Shown here piece after piece: positions 15,701-27,785 of a DNA stretch of 56,471 bases. The position numbers and the translations under genes were made by a program. Origin of the DNA: Rhizaria sp. SCN 62-66 (Eukaryota); the NCBI GenBank assembly GCA_001724265.1, contig MEDY01000176.1, positions 1 through 56,471 on the forward strand, read 5' to 3'. The notes under the pieces were generated by a model. That model was not told where the DNA came from, did not search any database, and was given only the letters and a program-made list of their open reading frames with translations. The first letter of the stretch is position 1. Each line of letters starts with the position of its first letter.

Positions 15701-18700
15701 ACGATGTTGATTCGCTTCCCGCTGCCCGCGCACATCATCACTGCGGCGTCGCAGTGGCCGATCACGTGCACGGTCAAGGTTGGAACCGCGGGTGCTGTCG
15801 CCGTCACGCCCATCACCGGCACGAAGTTCTCCTTCACTGGCGTCAGCAGCGGCGTCGCCGGCGTTCTCATCGAGTTTAACTGCCTCAACTTCCCGCTGCC
15901 CGCGACGCCGATGGCTAACGCATCTGAGCTGCTCCTGGCTGTCGTGACCCCTGCTGTCGCGGCTAACACGACTGCCGGCACGGCCGCCGTGGCCGAGCAA
16001 GTTCTCGTCTCCCACACCACGACCGTGCCCGCGTACCCCGCTATCGTGGCTTCGGCCTTCGGCGGTGAGACGGCGATTGTGACTTACGACGAGCCCTACC
16101 CTAACGCACGCACGTCGGTTACCTTCACCACCAAGCCTTCGCTGACCTCTGCTGTTACCGTGGGCTGGGCGATCTCGGCCGAGCTTGCCTTCGAGGTGAC
16201 TCTGCACGCGACTCTCGCCATGGCGTGCACACTCACCGACGGCACTGTCTCGATCACGGGCACGACCAGTGCCACGCGCTCCGCGTCATCGGGTGTGATT
16301 AGCATCTCTTGGGCCGCCGCCTCAGCCGGCACGCTCGACGCGTCCAAGGCGATGCGCTTCCGTTGCACTAATGTCGTCATGCCCGCCGGTCTGCGCTCTG
16401 CCGCTTACTACGGCTCTCTGTCGGCCGGTCCCGCGCCGCTGCGTGCATCGCACTACACGTCGGAGGCGATCGTGTCAGCGCAGCTCGCGGGCCTCTTTGC
16501 GAGCTTCTCGCCGAACATTGTGGGTACCGCCACTGCCGCGTACACCATTAATAGCGTTGGTGTCGACCTCATTGCCGGTAACACTCTTGTCGTGCCCGTG
16601 CCTGAGGGCACGACGCTGGGTCCCTCCGGCGCCGTCGTGTGCCGCGTCGGCACGAGCAACGCCTTCTCTGCGACTCTGCAGACGACGCTGTCACGCGTTC
16701 TGGCTACGGTCCCGCAGAGCGCGTCCGCCAGCAAGACGGACTCCTTCAACTGCACTGGCCTCGCGCCGCCGCGGTCCACGCTCGCGAGTATCAGCACCAC
16801 GAACCAGCTTGCAATTTACCGCTCTCAGGATCTTGATGCAGAGTTTGCTCACGGCTCCGTGACGTCGCCTGTGATTGTCGCGCGCGAGATCACGACTGCT
16901 TCCGACCTCAACACAGTCTCTGTCGACCCCACTACGAGCACGGCTGTGTTTGTTATGCAGGGCTTCTCGTTCTCGCTTATCCCGTCGTCGCGCATCACCA
17001 TCTCAGTCCCCGCCGACCTCACGGTGTCCACGTGCACCATGCTCGGTAGCGACCGCGCCACTGCGCTCGCTGACGTCGCTGTGACTGCAGTGACTTCCAG
17101 TAGCCTTGTTGTCTTCACGTTTGCGTCCAGCGTCGCAACTGCGATTCCCGCGCACCAAGCTGTCGTCAATAGCACAGACTACATTTATGTTGTGCGCTGC
17201 ATTAACGCTAACGTGCCGGCGTACATCGTCGCTCCTTCGAGCACACTCACGACGTCCCTGTACTTCACATTCACGGATAAGCTTAGCTCAGCCCCCGCCA
17301 CTCGCTTCCTGGGCGTCGCGGCGCCCGACATGGGTACTGTCGCCGTCAACACGATGCCGTGGCCGTCGACGCAGGGCTCGCTTGTCATCACGTGGAGCAA
17401 CCACAGCTTCTCGCTCACTGCTGGTGACGCTATTTCTGTGTCGTTCACCAATAGTACCGCACTGCTGTTTGACACTCAGCATAACTCATGCGCCGTCCGT
17501 GGCACGTCTGTCACTGCACTCGTCACGCAGTCCACTAGCACTGGCTTTGTTCTCACGGTCATGGGCGCCGTGCCGGCTGCGATGGGCACGACGTTCATGC
17601 TCACGTGCTCGCACGTTACCACCGCAACAGTGCTGGGCCAGGAGCCCGCCACGGCCTCGTCTTCACTGAGTGTTTTGCGTCTCAACAACGCGGCCCAAGT
17701 TAAGGCCACGACCGCTAAGGTCACGTTCCCTGTGCTTGTCACGCGCCCCTTGTCGATGACGCTCACGGCTGGACTTGTCACGCCGTCGAGCTTCTCCTCC
17801 GCTTCGGGCACGCTCAATATGACTTTGCGTGCGTCTGACACACTGCCGCCTGGCGCACAGCTCGTCTTCCCGCTCCCCACTAACATGTGGACTGTGACGG
17901 CGTCTTCGTGCACGGGCTCCATTGCAGGTGCTGTCGTCGCATCGTCTAACGGTGCGAACACCAACTTTGTGTACTCGTTCTACAACGTGCTGCCTGCTGC
18001 CACCACATTCACGCTGTCGTGCACCACCGCTTCATCGGCTACTGTGTTCCGCCCGTCGTCATCGGTTATTGTGTCTGTCACAGCGGACGCCACCACAAAC
18101 GGTACCACCACACTGACTGTGCCCGCTGTCGTTGGCACCATCGGCACGCCCGCAGATGTTGTACTCTCGGCGCCGCGCGTTGGCGCTCTGACCAACATTA
18201 CTGTGCGCCTTCCCTCCATCGCCGCTCCGCTGGCGTCCGCCTCGATCGCTATCGGTCTCCCCGCTGGCACATCGCGCACGACCTCGGCCGCCTGCACGCT
18301 CACGCCGCGCGTCGGCGAGACCCCAGTTACGACCGTCTCGCTCTCGGGTTTCACTGTGACATCGAACACGACCGCGTTTACTACTAAGTTGACGCTTGCG
18401 ATCTCTGGCACCATGACCACAGGCACGTCGCTCACGCTCTTTTGCACGGGATTCCGCGCCCCGCTCGCCGTCGCCGCGGCGTCCAACACCACGCTCGAGG
18501 CCATCGCCACGCAGGGCGGCGCGGCCTCGGATGCCGGCCAGATCGCCGCGCGCACTCAGCTGATCTCCGCGGGCGTCACGGCCTTCCCCAACGCCGCGGC
18601 CACATTCTCCTTCGGCGGCACTGCGGGCAGCACGTCGACTCTGTCGGCTAGCTTATCCGCGATTGGCTTTGATCTCCCGATCAACTCGGTGCTGACTGTT

Positions 18701-20518
18701 GCGGTGCCACCCGGCGTGACACTCGCGGCCGGCACCAGCGGCACGGCATGCGTGTTTGATGATACCGTTCCTGTCGTTGTTTCGATTGACTCAACCACGA
18801 ACCTGGTGTCGTTCAACTTCCAGTCCGCGGTGACGGCGCGGACCGGCACCACGATGCTGGCACTTGAGTGCATTGCGGCTTTCGTGCTGCCTTCGGAGGA
18901 GATCGTGCGCACCTCGGCCGAGGTCATCTTGTACTCGCCCACGGGCCAGGCCAACTTGCTGACGCCGCTGCTGACTGCCCAGGCGCCCTTCACGGGCATC
19001 AAGGGCGCCACGCTGCAGGTCGAGATTGCCGCCGTCAACGCACAGGTCAACGTTTCCACGTCGCTGCGCTTCAACATCCTGCCGATGACTGTGAATGCGG
19101 CTGCGGGCGATTCGCTTATCATGGTTGCGCCCATACGTTTCACGTACGTTGCTAACGCTAACAACATGACGACAGCGTGCTTGCTTTCGACGTCGTCGCA
19201 GGCCGTCGTGCGTCTGACGATTGTGGCGAACCCTTCTGACAGCACTGTCTTGTACACGCTGCTCTTTGTCTCTGCCGCCAATCTCCGTGGCACGACTGCG
19301 TCTCAGGTCACATGCAGTAACATTCGCACCCCCTCCGCGGCTGTTGCCGAGGCCCGCGGGCTTGCTACGCTCAAGTCATCCGCCGGCGCGGTCCGCGGCT
19401 CGGGCACCACGAGTGCCATCTTCTCGCCCATCATCGCCGCGGCTTTCGCGACGCAGTGGAGTCGTATCATCCCGCAGTCCACCATCGCCGGTTCCGACTA
19501 CGGCATGCTGACCGTGCTGCTGTCACCGCTGACGTCCGCACTGGGTCTCGGTAGCACGTTCATCGTGACTCTGCCGCCCACATGGTCCATCACGCCCAAC
19601 GCTATCACCTGCGCCGGATCGTTCGGCAACGGCAACCGCCAGTCGGCGACGCTTACCTTCACGACGTACGCGCCCACGGTGGTTGACGCCGCCAACAAGG
19701 TGCTGCGTGTGTCGGCGCCGACGATGCAGTTCAAGCCCACCGACAGCAAGCTTCGTATCTTCTGCGACAATGCGGTTCGCGTGCCTGCCGTGGCGACGGC
19801 TGCGGTGACGGGCCCGTTCGTGTCGATTATCGACGCTAGTAACAATCCGCTGCTGCAGGCGCTGAACGTGGAGATTCCGGCGATCACTGCGACGGCTGTT
19901 TCGGTCAACTATCTCACCTTTACGGTGCAGTTTTACTCCGCGACCAGTTCGCTGTCATCCGATGACATTCGTGCGCTCACCGTTATCTTTGGCAACATCG
20001 CTGAAATCCCGCTTGACAACGTCTTTGTGCGGAGTCAGGCCGTGTCGTCTTCTCGCTCTTTGGCCGCCGGCTTCAGCGAAGGCCTCGCAATTGGGCTCCA
20101 TGGCACGGGTGGCGTGATCCCGCTTGATGTCAACATGGTGATTGTGCCGGTGGCAGACCACAAGAACAGCATCGAGGATCTGTATGACATGGTTTCGCAG
20201 CGGTCGTCGACGCTGCTCCAGAGCATGAACTCCGTCACAGCGCACAACGCGCAGACGATTGCCGATGTTAAGGAGACGGCGTTCCCGGCCACCTGCGCCA
20301 ACGGCGTCAAGGACAACACCGAGACTGACATTGATTGTGGTGGCAGCTCGTGCCTGCCGTGCCTGGCGACCAAGGCATGCTCTGCTACCTCTGACTGTCA
20401 CGTTGGTACTTGCACGGGCGGCTACTGCACTGGTAAGACCAGTGCTGCGGCCGGACTTACCGTCACCGCTACCACCATCGTGGCCGCGCTTGTCGCGATG
20501 ATTGCTCTCCTCTTGTAA
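785..20518 (+). CDS. Giant (~6,499 aa) predicted secreted, GPI-anchored surface protein of tandem ~130-145 aa Cys-paired beta-rich repeats; exons 785-844 and 1079-20518; contains 3 in-frame TAG codons
   Basis: ORF-track pieces 785..2908, 2987..6412, 6482..10888 and 10919..20518 share one frame, each separated by a single TAG with no other stop in the gaps; the final stop is TAA (20516-20518). Splicing 845-1078 gives signal peptide MWRHIFFTLFTVVAFATVALA|Q. The C-terminus is a Cys-rich module plus a hydrophobic tail. Confidence 0.85.
845..1078 (+). other. Spliceosomal intron, 234 nt, phase 0
   Basis: CTG|GTACGT donor, pyrimidine-rich body, CTCGTCAG|GCT acceptor; removal yields a clean signal peptide cleavage site (ALA-Q). 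Confidence 0.85.
2906..2908 (+). other. In-frame TAG #1, inferred sense codon
   Basis: ...DYIPIE*GTFICTVVFH...; the repeat unit's second Cys (FIC.V) lies just downstream and the frame stays open. Confidence 0.85.
6410..6412 (+). other. In-frame TAG #2, inferred sense codon
   Basis: ...DGDTKV*VLLAALSAGTAIDLVCIVG...; the AG..I.L.C.V repeat motif follows in frame. Confidence 0.85.
10886..10888 (+). other. In-frame TAG #3, inferred sense codon
   Basis: ...LFERGTF*RHSELSRNVVLSPLSHPIVSAY...; the LSHPIVSAY linker matches LAHPIVSAY of an earlier repeat. Confidence 0.85.
20291..20518 (+). other. C-terminal Cys-rich module (C.NG.KD..ETDIDCGG..C..C....C.....DC....C....C) and GPI-anchor-like signal
   Basis: Translation TCANGVKDNTETDIDCGGSSCLPCLATKACSATSDCHVGTCTGGYC then TSAAAGLTVTATTIVAALVAMIALLL-stop: small residues followed by a terminal hydrophobic stretch with no cytosolic tail. 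Confidence 0.75.
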
Positions 20519-22951
20519 ACAAGTGTTGAGCAGCAGTCGCGGCGGAAAGCAAGCTACGCAGCGTAATGTCGCTGTAAGTTTCTTTTTACTCTCATCATTT
20601 TTGTGTTAATTTTCTGCCCAACCCAAACCTCTCACTTCCTTAGAGTGGTTTCATAGCATTGTACGTATCGTTTTAGTAACCTTTTGGATATGGTTTGTAC
20701 CTGTATTTTAGTGCGTTGTTTGTCGTGTAAATCTTTGTGACACGAACTGGTTTCTTTGTTTTAGCATCGCGTGCAGTCTCTATCTGTCGTCTCCATCACT
20801 CTCAAAGCTATATAGTGGAGTGCGGCTGCGTACATGAGGAGTGACAGCACGCCTGTGCGTATTTTAGTCGTGTGTATGTGTAAATTGTGTGTTTGCGCGT
20901 CGTGTTTGTCATATCAAGTTTATATCTTTCCTGTTTTTTGTTTTTATTAGTTTTGTGCTGCGCTGTCTGCCTTGACACGGGCTGTTCAAGAGAACGTCGA
21001 TAGGAAAAGGCTCTGCGTACAAAGCGCTTGATGTTACATAGAACTGCACATGCTCACGCACTCACAATTACACACTCGCTCGCGCGCACTTCTGGGAAGA
21101 TGTGACCGATGGGTGTTAAGTTACTTTGTATTTTTAATTGCAAGTTATACCCCAAATTTATTATCCATAATACCATCGTTTTATTTCACCTTGTGACAAT
21201 ACAAAGCCATTTACTTTATCTTCGACGACAGCTCTGTTGATCTTCAGCTATGTTTCAACATGTGTTGAAACATGTGCTTCGGGTTGTGTTCAAGTTAAAG
21301 TTTGAGAGTTCGAGAGTTCAACGATTGAACATGTGTATTTCGTGGTATTTCGTATGCCCCTATTGGGGGCGTGTAACACTGATACAGTATTAAAGATACA
21401 TATGATGTGACGAGTAAATATAAACACATATAAACAAACACATATAAACAGACAAGATAAAGAACAAAGGTGCTTAGTGCGAGGAGAGACGGCTTAGTTT
21501 CAGCGGTTTCTATACAACAAGCACCGAAGTCAACGATAAGAGCCGCAAACAAGAGCAGAGGAGGCCTCTGTCAAGATTGACATCGGCAATATACGCGAAG
21601 CAAGCAAACACATGCGTCAGAATGTACATCTTAGCGCGAACGCAAGCGGGGCAGGCTGCGCAGTTGGTCAGACATGCATTCATCAGCAGACAACGGAGAC
21701 AAGGACGGAGACAATCAAGCTTCGACTTGCAAGAGGAAAAGAGGGAGGGCAGTGATTAACAAGCGAGAGGCACAGATAGATTGGGTAGCTAGCGAAGCGC
21801 ACGCAGACGCACGCGGAGGCCGAGCGATAACCCCGAAGTTCGGGAGGCTCGACAACCGCAACTAAGGCGGCGCTGCACTGTTTTGCATTACACAACGCAG
21901 CATAGTATTCCACATCGCACAGCGAAGTGACAAGCAAAGTGAGGCAACGCTGAGTCAGCAAGTCAGACAATGGAGTGTCGGCAAACGTTTTGTTAGTGTT
22001 AGTGTTCTGCTAACGTGCGCATACGTACACGCACGCCGTCGATAATTAGAAGCTGTTAGAGGAGCGTCAATGAGTAACGATACCACAAACAGCCCCGCTT
22101 AAGTGCGATCACGCAAAACACTATCTCAGCTGAGCAACAACGCACCTAACACTACATTTGTTACTAGCAAAAAGGAAACAACAAAACGAAAGAACGAGAA
22201 GAAGAAACCGCGATAATATAAAAAAAGAATCATGACAAGAAACTAGGCAAGAAAGCCAACACAGAGTTCACCCACTGGTTGTGTCACAACAGTGCTCTTG
22301 GTTTTTTGTGTGTACTGTTGCAGTGTTGTCATTGCTGATGTCGTTCTGGAGGCATTTTCTCAAGAAGGTTGTTGTTCTAATCATATACTACGACGATGGC
22401 TGTAATCATAATAATAAGGTCAGTCTTTTTGTTTCAATATCTCACGTCTCAACATGTTGATCGACATGCATCTGATGAGTGCGTATTTTCTGTTCTTTCC
22501 GGTAACGACTGCCCCTGTCCATTTGCGCGTGAATTGTGATGGCCTGTGCGGTCGCAACGTGAATGACCTACCACTGCAACTGGGGTAACGTGTCAAGTTG
22601 CGACGCAGCACGGCGCTCGTACAGTTCACAGCATTATATGACCTTAAGCAAGCATTACACTAAGGACAGAAGTTGATCATAAAAGAACATGAAGAGCGTC
22701 GGGACGCGGTAAGATTTGCGGGACGAAAAGAAAGACACAAGAGCGAATGAGACTTTTGTTTGAAACAAAATGAAAAAGAACAAAAAGCTAATCATTTTTA
22801 AAACAAAAACAAACAAAGTAGACGCAACCAGCACAAACTCAAGTGGTTCTGGAACCCCAGCGACAAGCAACGGCAACAGCAACACCACAATCACGTGCTA
22901 GAATAGTTCACTTGATCGTACGTTCGTTAGTAAGTTCGCTGGCTGCTCGCC

Positions 22952-23516
22952 TTACATGGGCACTCCGGCCGCGTCGTCCTCCTCCTCGTCCTCGCCTTCC
23001 TCCGCAATGGGGCCCGCCGCCGCCGTCGCCGCCGACCCGCCGGGCGTGAGCCCCCCAGCCGCACTGCCGCTGCCGCTGCCGCTGCTGGGCGAGACAGGCG
23101 ACGCGTTGCCACCATTGCCGTGACCGTGGCCGCCGCTGTGCGCGCGCGCGACGCCGGGCTTGGCGCCAGGCAGCACGATGACGGGCGCGGCCGAGAGGCG
23201 CGCGTCGCGAGCTTGCACGAACTGGCTCTGCGCGGGCGCGCCGGGGCCCAGCACGAAGCCCGCGGTGGCGGCCGCGGCGCCTGCGGCGGCGACGGCGGCG
23301 GCGGGCTCGCACACGGCGGCGGCGCGCGCAAAGGCGTTGCCAATGTAGACGTTGCCGACCTTGCTGCTGACGCCGGAGCTGTTGTTGCTGCCGCCGGGGC
23401 CCGCGAGCGCGAGCTCCACGTCGCCAGAGCCCGCGCCGGCGGCATCGTGGCGCTGGCCGGCGTAGGCCTTGCTGCGGGGGCTGGCCGAGCCGGCCTTGGC
23501 GGTGGCCGCGGCGCCG

Positions 23517-23553
<37 letters not shown>

Positions 23554-26500
23554 GCTTGGCGGCGTAGGTCTTGAACATGGCGCCCAGCAGCGAGGGGTCC
23601 GCCTTCCACGCCGCGTTCTCGAACGTGTTAGGGTCCAGGTCGATCTGGCCCTCGGTCACGTCGGGCGCCCAGAAGCGCAGCAGCAAGCCCGTGACGAGCT
23701 GCGAGAAGCCGAGCGCGATGGCGACGAGCCACATGGACCAGGGCTGCGGCGTTGTCTGCGCGAAAGAGCCCAGGAGCTCGACCATGATGGCCTGGCAGCC
23801 GCAGGAGATGATGAAGATGGACACGAACCAGGCGTTGTCGAGGATGCCGACGAAGACGTTGATTTCATCGTTGCACTTGCGCGAGTTGATCTCGTTAAAG
23901 AGCTGGAGCCAGACGAAGGTGTTGAAGAGGAAGGTGTAGTGCATGCCCTCGTTGGTGTAGTGGCGCATCACGCCCGCGTCGTCGAGCGCCCAATACTTGG
24001 TGTGCTCGGGGAACCAGTTCTCGCCGTTAAAGAGCAGCGTGAGCAGAATGACCAACTGGAACAGCGCCTGGCCGACGATGTTGCGCCACATGATGCGCGA
24101 CACAAGCGGCGAGTCGGGTCGGTACGGCCGCCGCAGCAGCAGCGTCGGCTTGGGGATCTCGGTGCCGATGGCGAGCGCGCCCATGGTGTCCATGACGAGG
24201 TTGACCCACAGCAGCTGGATCGGCTTCAGCGGCTCCTTGCCCAGTCCGATGGCGCCGATGAGCGCGATGACCAGCGCGCAGAAGTTGACCGAGCACTGGA
24301 ACTGGAGGAACTTGCGGATGTTGTCGAACACGGAGCGGCCCCACATGACTGACTTGACAATCGAGGAAAAGTTGTCGTCGAGAATAATGATGTCGGCGGC
24401 GGCCTTAGCGACGTCCGTGCCGGCTATGTTCATCGCCAGACCGACGTCGGCGGCCTTGAGCGCGGGGCCGTCGTTGGAGCCGTCGCCGGTGACGCCGACG
24501 ACCTCGCCGTGCTCGCGGAGAAACTTTACGAGCTCGAGCTTATCTTCGGGCTGGCAGCGGGCCATAACGCGCAGGTTCTTGACCAACTCCACGAACTCGG
24601 GGAGGTCCTCGCCCGTGCGCGCCTTGTTGGCCTCGTTTTGCTCCAGCCGCTGGCGGAACTGAACGCCCTCAAGCGCGACCTGCCGCGGGTGGCTGATGAT
24701 GCCGCAGTCCTTGGCGATGAAGCGCGCCGTGTCGAGGTTGTCACCAGTGACCATGCGGACGACGAGGCCGGCCTGCTGCACTGTCATGACGGCGTCGCGC
24801 GTCTCAAGCCGCAGCGGGTCCTTGATGCCGACGAGCCCGATGAGCGTCCACGGCAGCCCGTCGTCGACAGGGTCCGCAAGCTGCCCGTCCTTGAGCTCCA
24901 GCGGCACGTCGTCGACGTAGGCGAAGGCGATGCAGCGCAGACCAACGCGGGCCATATTCTCCATGTGCTTCATGGGGTGCTGATCCACAAGCACCAGCTC
25001 GTCGGCCATCACACCCTCGGGCCGGTGCGCGGGGTCTGTGCAGCACACCGGCAGCCCAGAGTCCTTGCGGCCCAGCAGCGCCCAGCGGTTGCACTGCTCG
25101 CCCGAGAGCGAGAACTGGCACGTGCCCGCCACGCCGGGGCCCGGCTTCTGCTGGAGGTCGAGCCCGCCGCCGCCGGGGATGGCGCACACGTTGCCCTCGG
25201 CGTCGAGCATGCTCGTGCACTTGGCGATCACGCGGTCCGCGGCGCCCTTGTAGTAGCGCCGGCCGATGGGCGGCAGCGACTCGACCGAGGTCGCGCCGTC
25301 GGCGATGACCACGCTCGAGTACTTCTTGGCCGAGGAGAACGGGTAGAACTTGATCGTGCGCATGCGGTTGTCGACGCGCAGCTGCATAATGTTGCGCGGC
25401 TTGCGGTTCTTGCCCTCGGGCTGCGGCACGCTAGGGTCGTGGTAGCGCGACAGCCACGACAGCAGCGCGGCCTCGGTGGCGCCGCCGTCGCCCTCCCAGC
25501 GCCAGTCCTCGGGGGGCGCGTCGAACTTCATGTTCTCAGGGGCCACGCGGCGGTCAGAATTGAGAACGATGCCCTCGACGAGGAGGTTATGCAGTGCGGG
25601 CGAGACCTCGGCGCGGCGCGGCTGGCGGGCGAAGTACTCGCCGCCCACGAAGGTCTGCACCACGGTCATCTTGTTCTGCGTCAGGGTGCCCGTTTTGTCG
25701 GAGCAAATGGTGGTGGCGTTGCCCATGGTCTCGCAGGCCGACATGACCTTGACGAGGTTCTGATCCTGGCGCATGCGGTTCATCGAATAGGCCATCGACA
25801 CAGTGACGGCGAGCGGCAGGCCCTCGGGGACGGCGACGATTACGATGGTGATGCAGATGATGAAGATGTCGATGATGCGGACCCACTCGGAGCTGTAGTC
25901 GGGCTTCTCGGCGAAAAATTTAATCAGCAGCGCGATGAGGGCCGCGGAACCGCACGTGAAGCCGATGTACGCAGCCAGCTTGGCCACCTCGGCCAGACGC
26001 ATCTGCAGCTTCGTGAAGGCCTGCGAGGACGACAGCGAGAGCATGATCTTGCCCTTGGCGGAGTTGACGCCCGTGGCCGTGACAAGCATGGAGCACGAGC
26101 CCTCGACGAGCTCGGTGCCGGCCGAGAGGAAAGGGTCGCTGGTGAGGTTCTTGACCTTCTCGTCCGACTCGCCTGTGATGGAGCTCTCGTTGACGCGCAC
26201 GGTCGTTTGGTCTGCGATAACGCCGTCGGCGGGGATCATGGAGCCCGGGTTGAGGAACACGAGGTCGCCGACGAGCAGGAGGTCCTGGTCCATCGAGATC
26301 TGCTTGCCGCCGCGCACGACAGAGACGGAGGAGCCCTTGAGCGAGGCCACCAGGTCGCGGTATGAGGTCTCCTGCTTGTGGTTGTTGTAGGCGGCAACGA
26401 GCACGACGACGGCGACGCAGATCAGAATCGCGAGGCCCTCGATCCAGCCCGTGGACGGGTGCTGGTAGGAGCCAGCGGCGATGGAGATGATGCCGGCCAC

Positions 26501-27123
26501 CACGAGCACCTGCAGCATGGGGTCCTGGAAGTTCTCCAGCATGTGCACGTAGAACGGGCGCACGTGCGGCAGCGGGTACTCGTTGCTGAGGTAGAGCCCG
26601 CGGCGCTTGGCGTACTCGGTGTCGCGCTCGTCGTCGCGCAGCCCGCCCTGCGTGTCGGTGCGGAGCGCGTAGGCGAGGCCGTGCAGGCCGCCCATCTCGA
26701 TGAAGATCGGCGTGTGGTGCTGCATGTGCTCCAGGGTGCGCACATCGTACAAGAACTTGTGCTTGCTACACGTGCAAAATGGCACGGTTGCGGGGTGAAA
26801 GGAGAGCGAGTCGCGTTGTTGTTGCGATGAGTAGAAGTGAAGCAAAGACGGAAAATGATGGCCAAGGGATCGTTTTAAAAGAGCGCGGTATAGATCATAC
26901 CCAATCACAAAAGAGGTATAGAGTCGATGGCAAGACAGAGAAGCCGGTGGGAATATCAAACAATGCTGTTAAAACGGGTTCAAGAAGAGGTAAATAAGGC
27001 CGAAGGGGGCCGGAGTGCGAGGGCACGAAGCAAGGTTTTGCACATGTGAAGCACGTACCCGATAGGCTTTAGGTCTAACTTCCGCTCATTTTGACGGTGG
27101 GAAAACGAGTGGATGCTACTCAT
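22952..27123 (-). CDS. PMCA: P2B-type plasma-membrane/vacuolar Ca2+-transporting ATPase (~1,292 aa); exons 27123-27059 and 26765-22952
   Basis: Motifs ESSITGES, VAVPEGLPLAVT, CSDKTGTLT, MVTGDN, GVTGDGSNDGPAL, QLLWVNLVMDT, FNEINSRK; stop TAA. The start codon and first exon are less certain, and further upstream exons are possible. Confidence 0.93.
23519..23551 (-). repeat. (GAC)n trinucleotide repeat encoding poly-Asp in the PMCA C-terminal tail
   Basis: cgtcgtcgt... run on the + strand; translated RDDDDDDDDDDDGG. Confidence 0.9.
26766..27058 (-). other. Spliceosomal intron, 293 nt, phase 2
   Basis: ATC GG|GTACGT ... GTGTAG|C AAG CAC joins MSSIHSFSHRQNERKLDLKPIG to KHKFLYDV in frame. Confidence 0.75.
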
Positions 27124-27785
27124 GCACTTGCCTTTCCAGTAAGTCTGTCAAGCAAGATCGAGGCAATGTGGCAAGAAAGTGGGGGTGTGAGCAGGGAGGA
27201 CAGGAGAGAGGCGAAAGTGGGAGGCAACGAAGGCGCCTGTGCGATGCCTTAGGGATGGACGCTGACTTTAAGCATGCATTTTGGTTGGCAAACAAAGTCC
27301 TATCAAAGTCTTAGTAATAGATGATACACGCTCGCTCATGAAGTATCTCTAGCAACAAACAGGTAATCGCGGATGATGATATGACCAGAGTATTCCCGTT
27401 CGCCCGTAGGCCATCCCTTTGCTCGAGTGAGCGAGGAGGGCCCAGCCTCGTCGACTGTCTTTTCCCGAGCGGTTCGCAAAAATTGGTGGGAAGAGCAAGT
27501 GAAGGAATCTTGTTTCTCCAGTTTTCGCCATAAAGCTATCGTCGATTAGATTGCAGACTTATTTCCGCCTATCACATCTTTAGTTTAGTTTTACATTTAT
27601 TTTTAGCTTTCTCTTGTAGACAATCCACCTGCTCATCAACACCAATTGTTTCGCTATCCGTTACACTGTCATTGCTTTTCTTCATCGATCTCGTACAAAA
27701 CGCAGTCCCAGAGCAGCTTAACAACAACATCGACATTTAAGACCTTACCGGAGCACAGAACTTGCGTAAATCTGTAAACACGTTG

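Larger units (their letters stand above)
1100..19900 (+). repeat. Diverged protein-level tandem repeats (~130-145 aa, roughly 40-48 copies by length estimate)
   Basis: Recurring pattern LSSY/LESF...T.LTL.F...I.F.....F..C.....G..(I/L).(L/F).C.V.(N/T)P throughout the translation; no nucleotide-level identity between units is visible. Confidence 0.7.

Noticed and set aside
27349-27531. 60-aa minus-strand ORF ending in TAG upstream of PMCA
   Set aside because: No coding codon bias or recognisable motif; read-through reaches TAA within about 30 codons; likely promoter/5'UTR.
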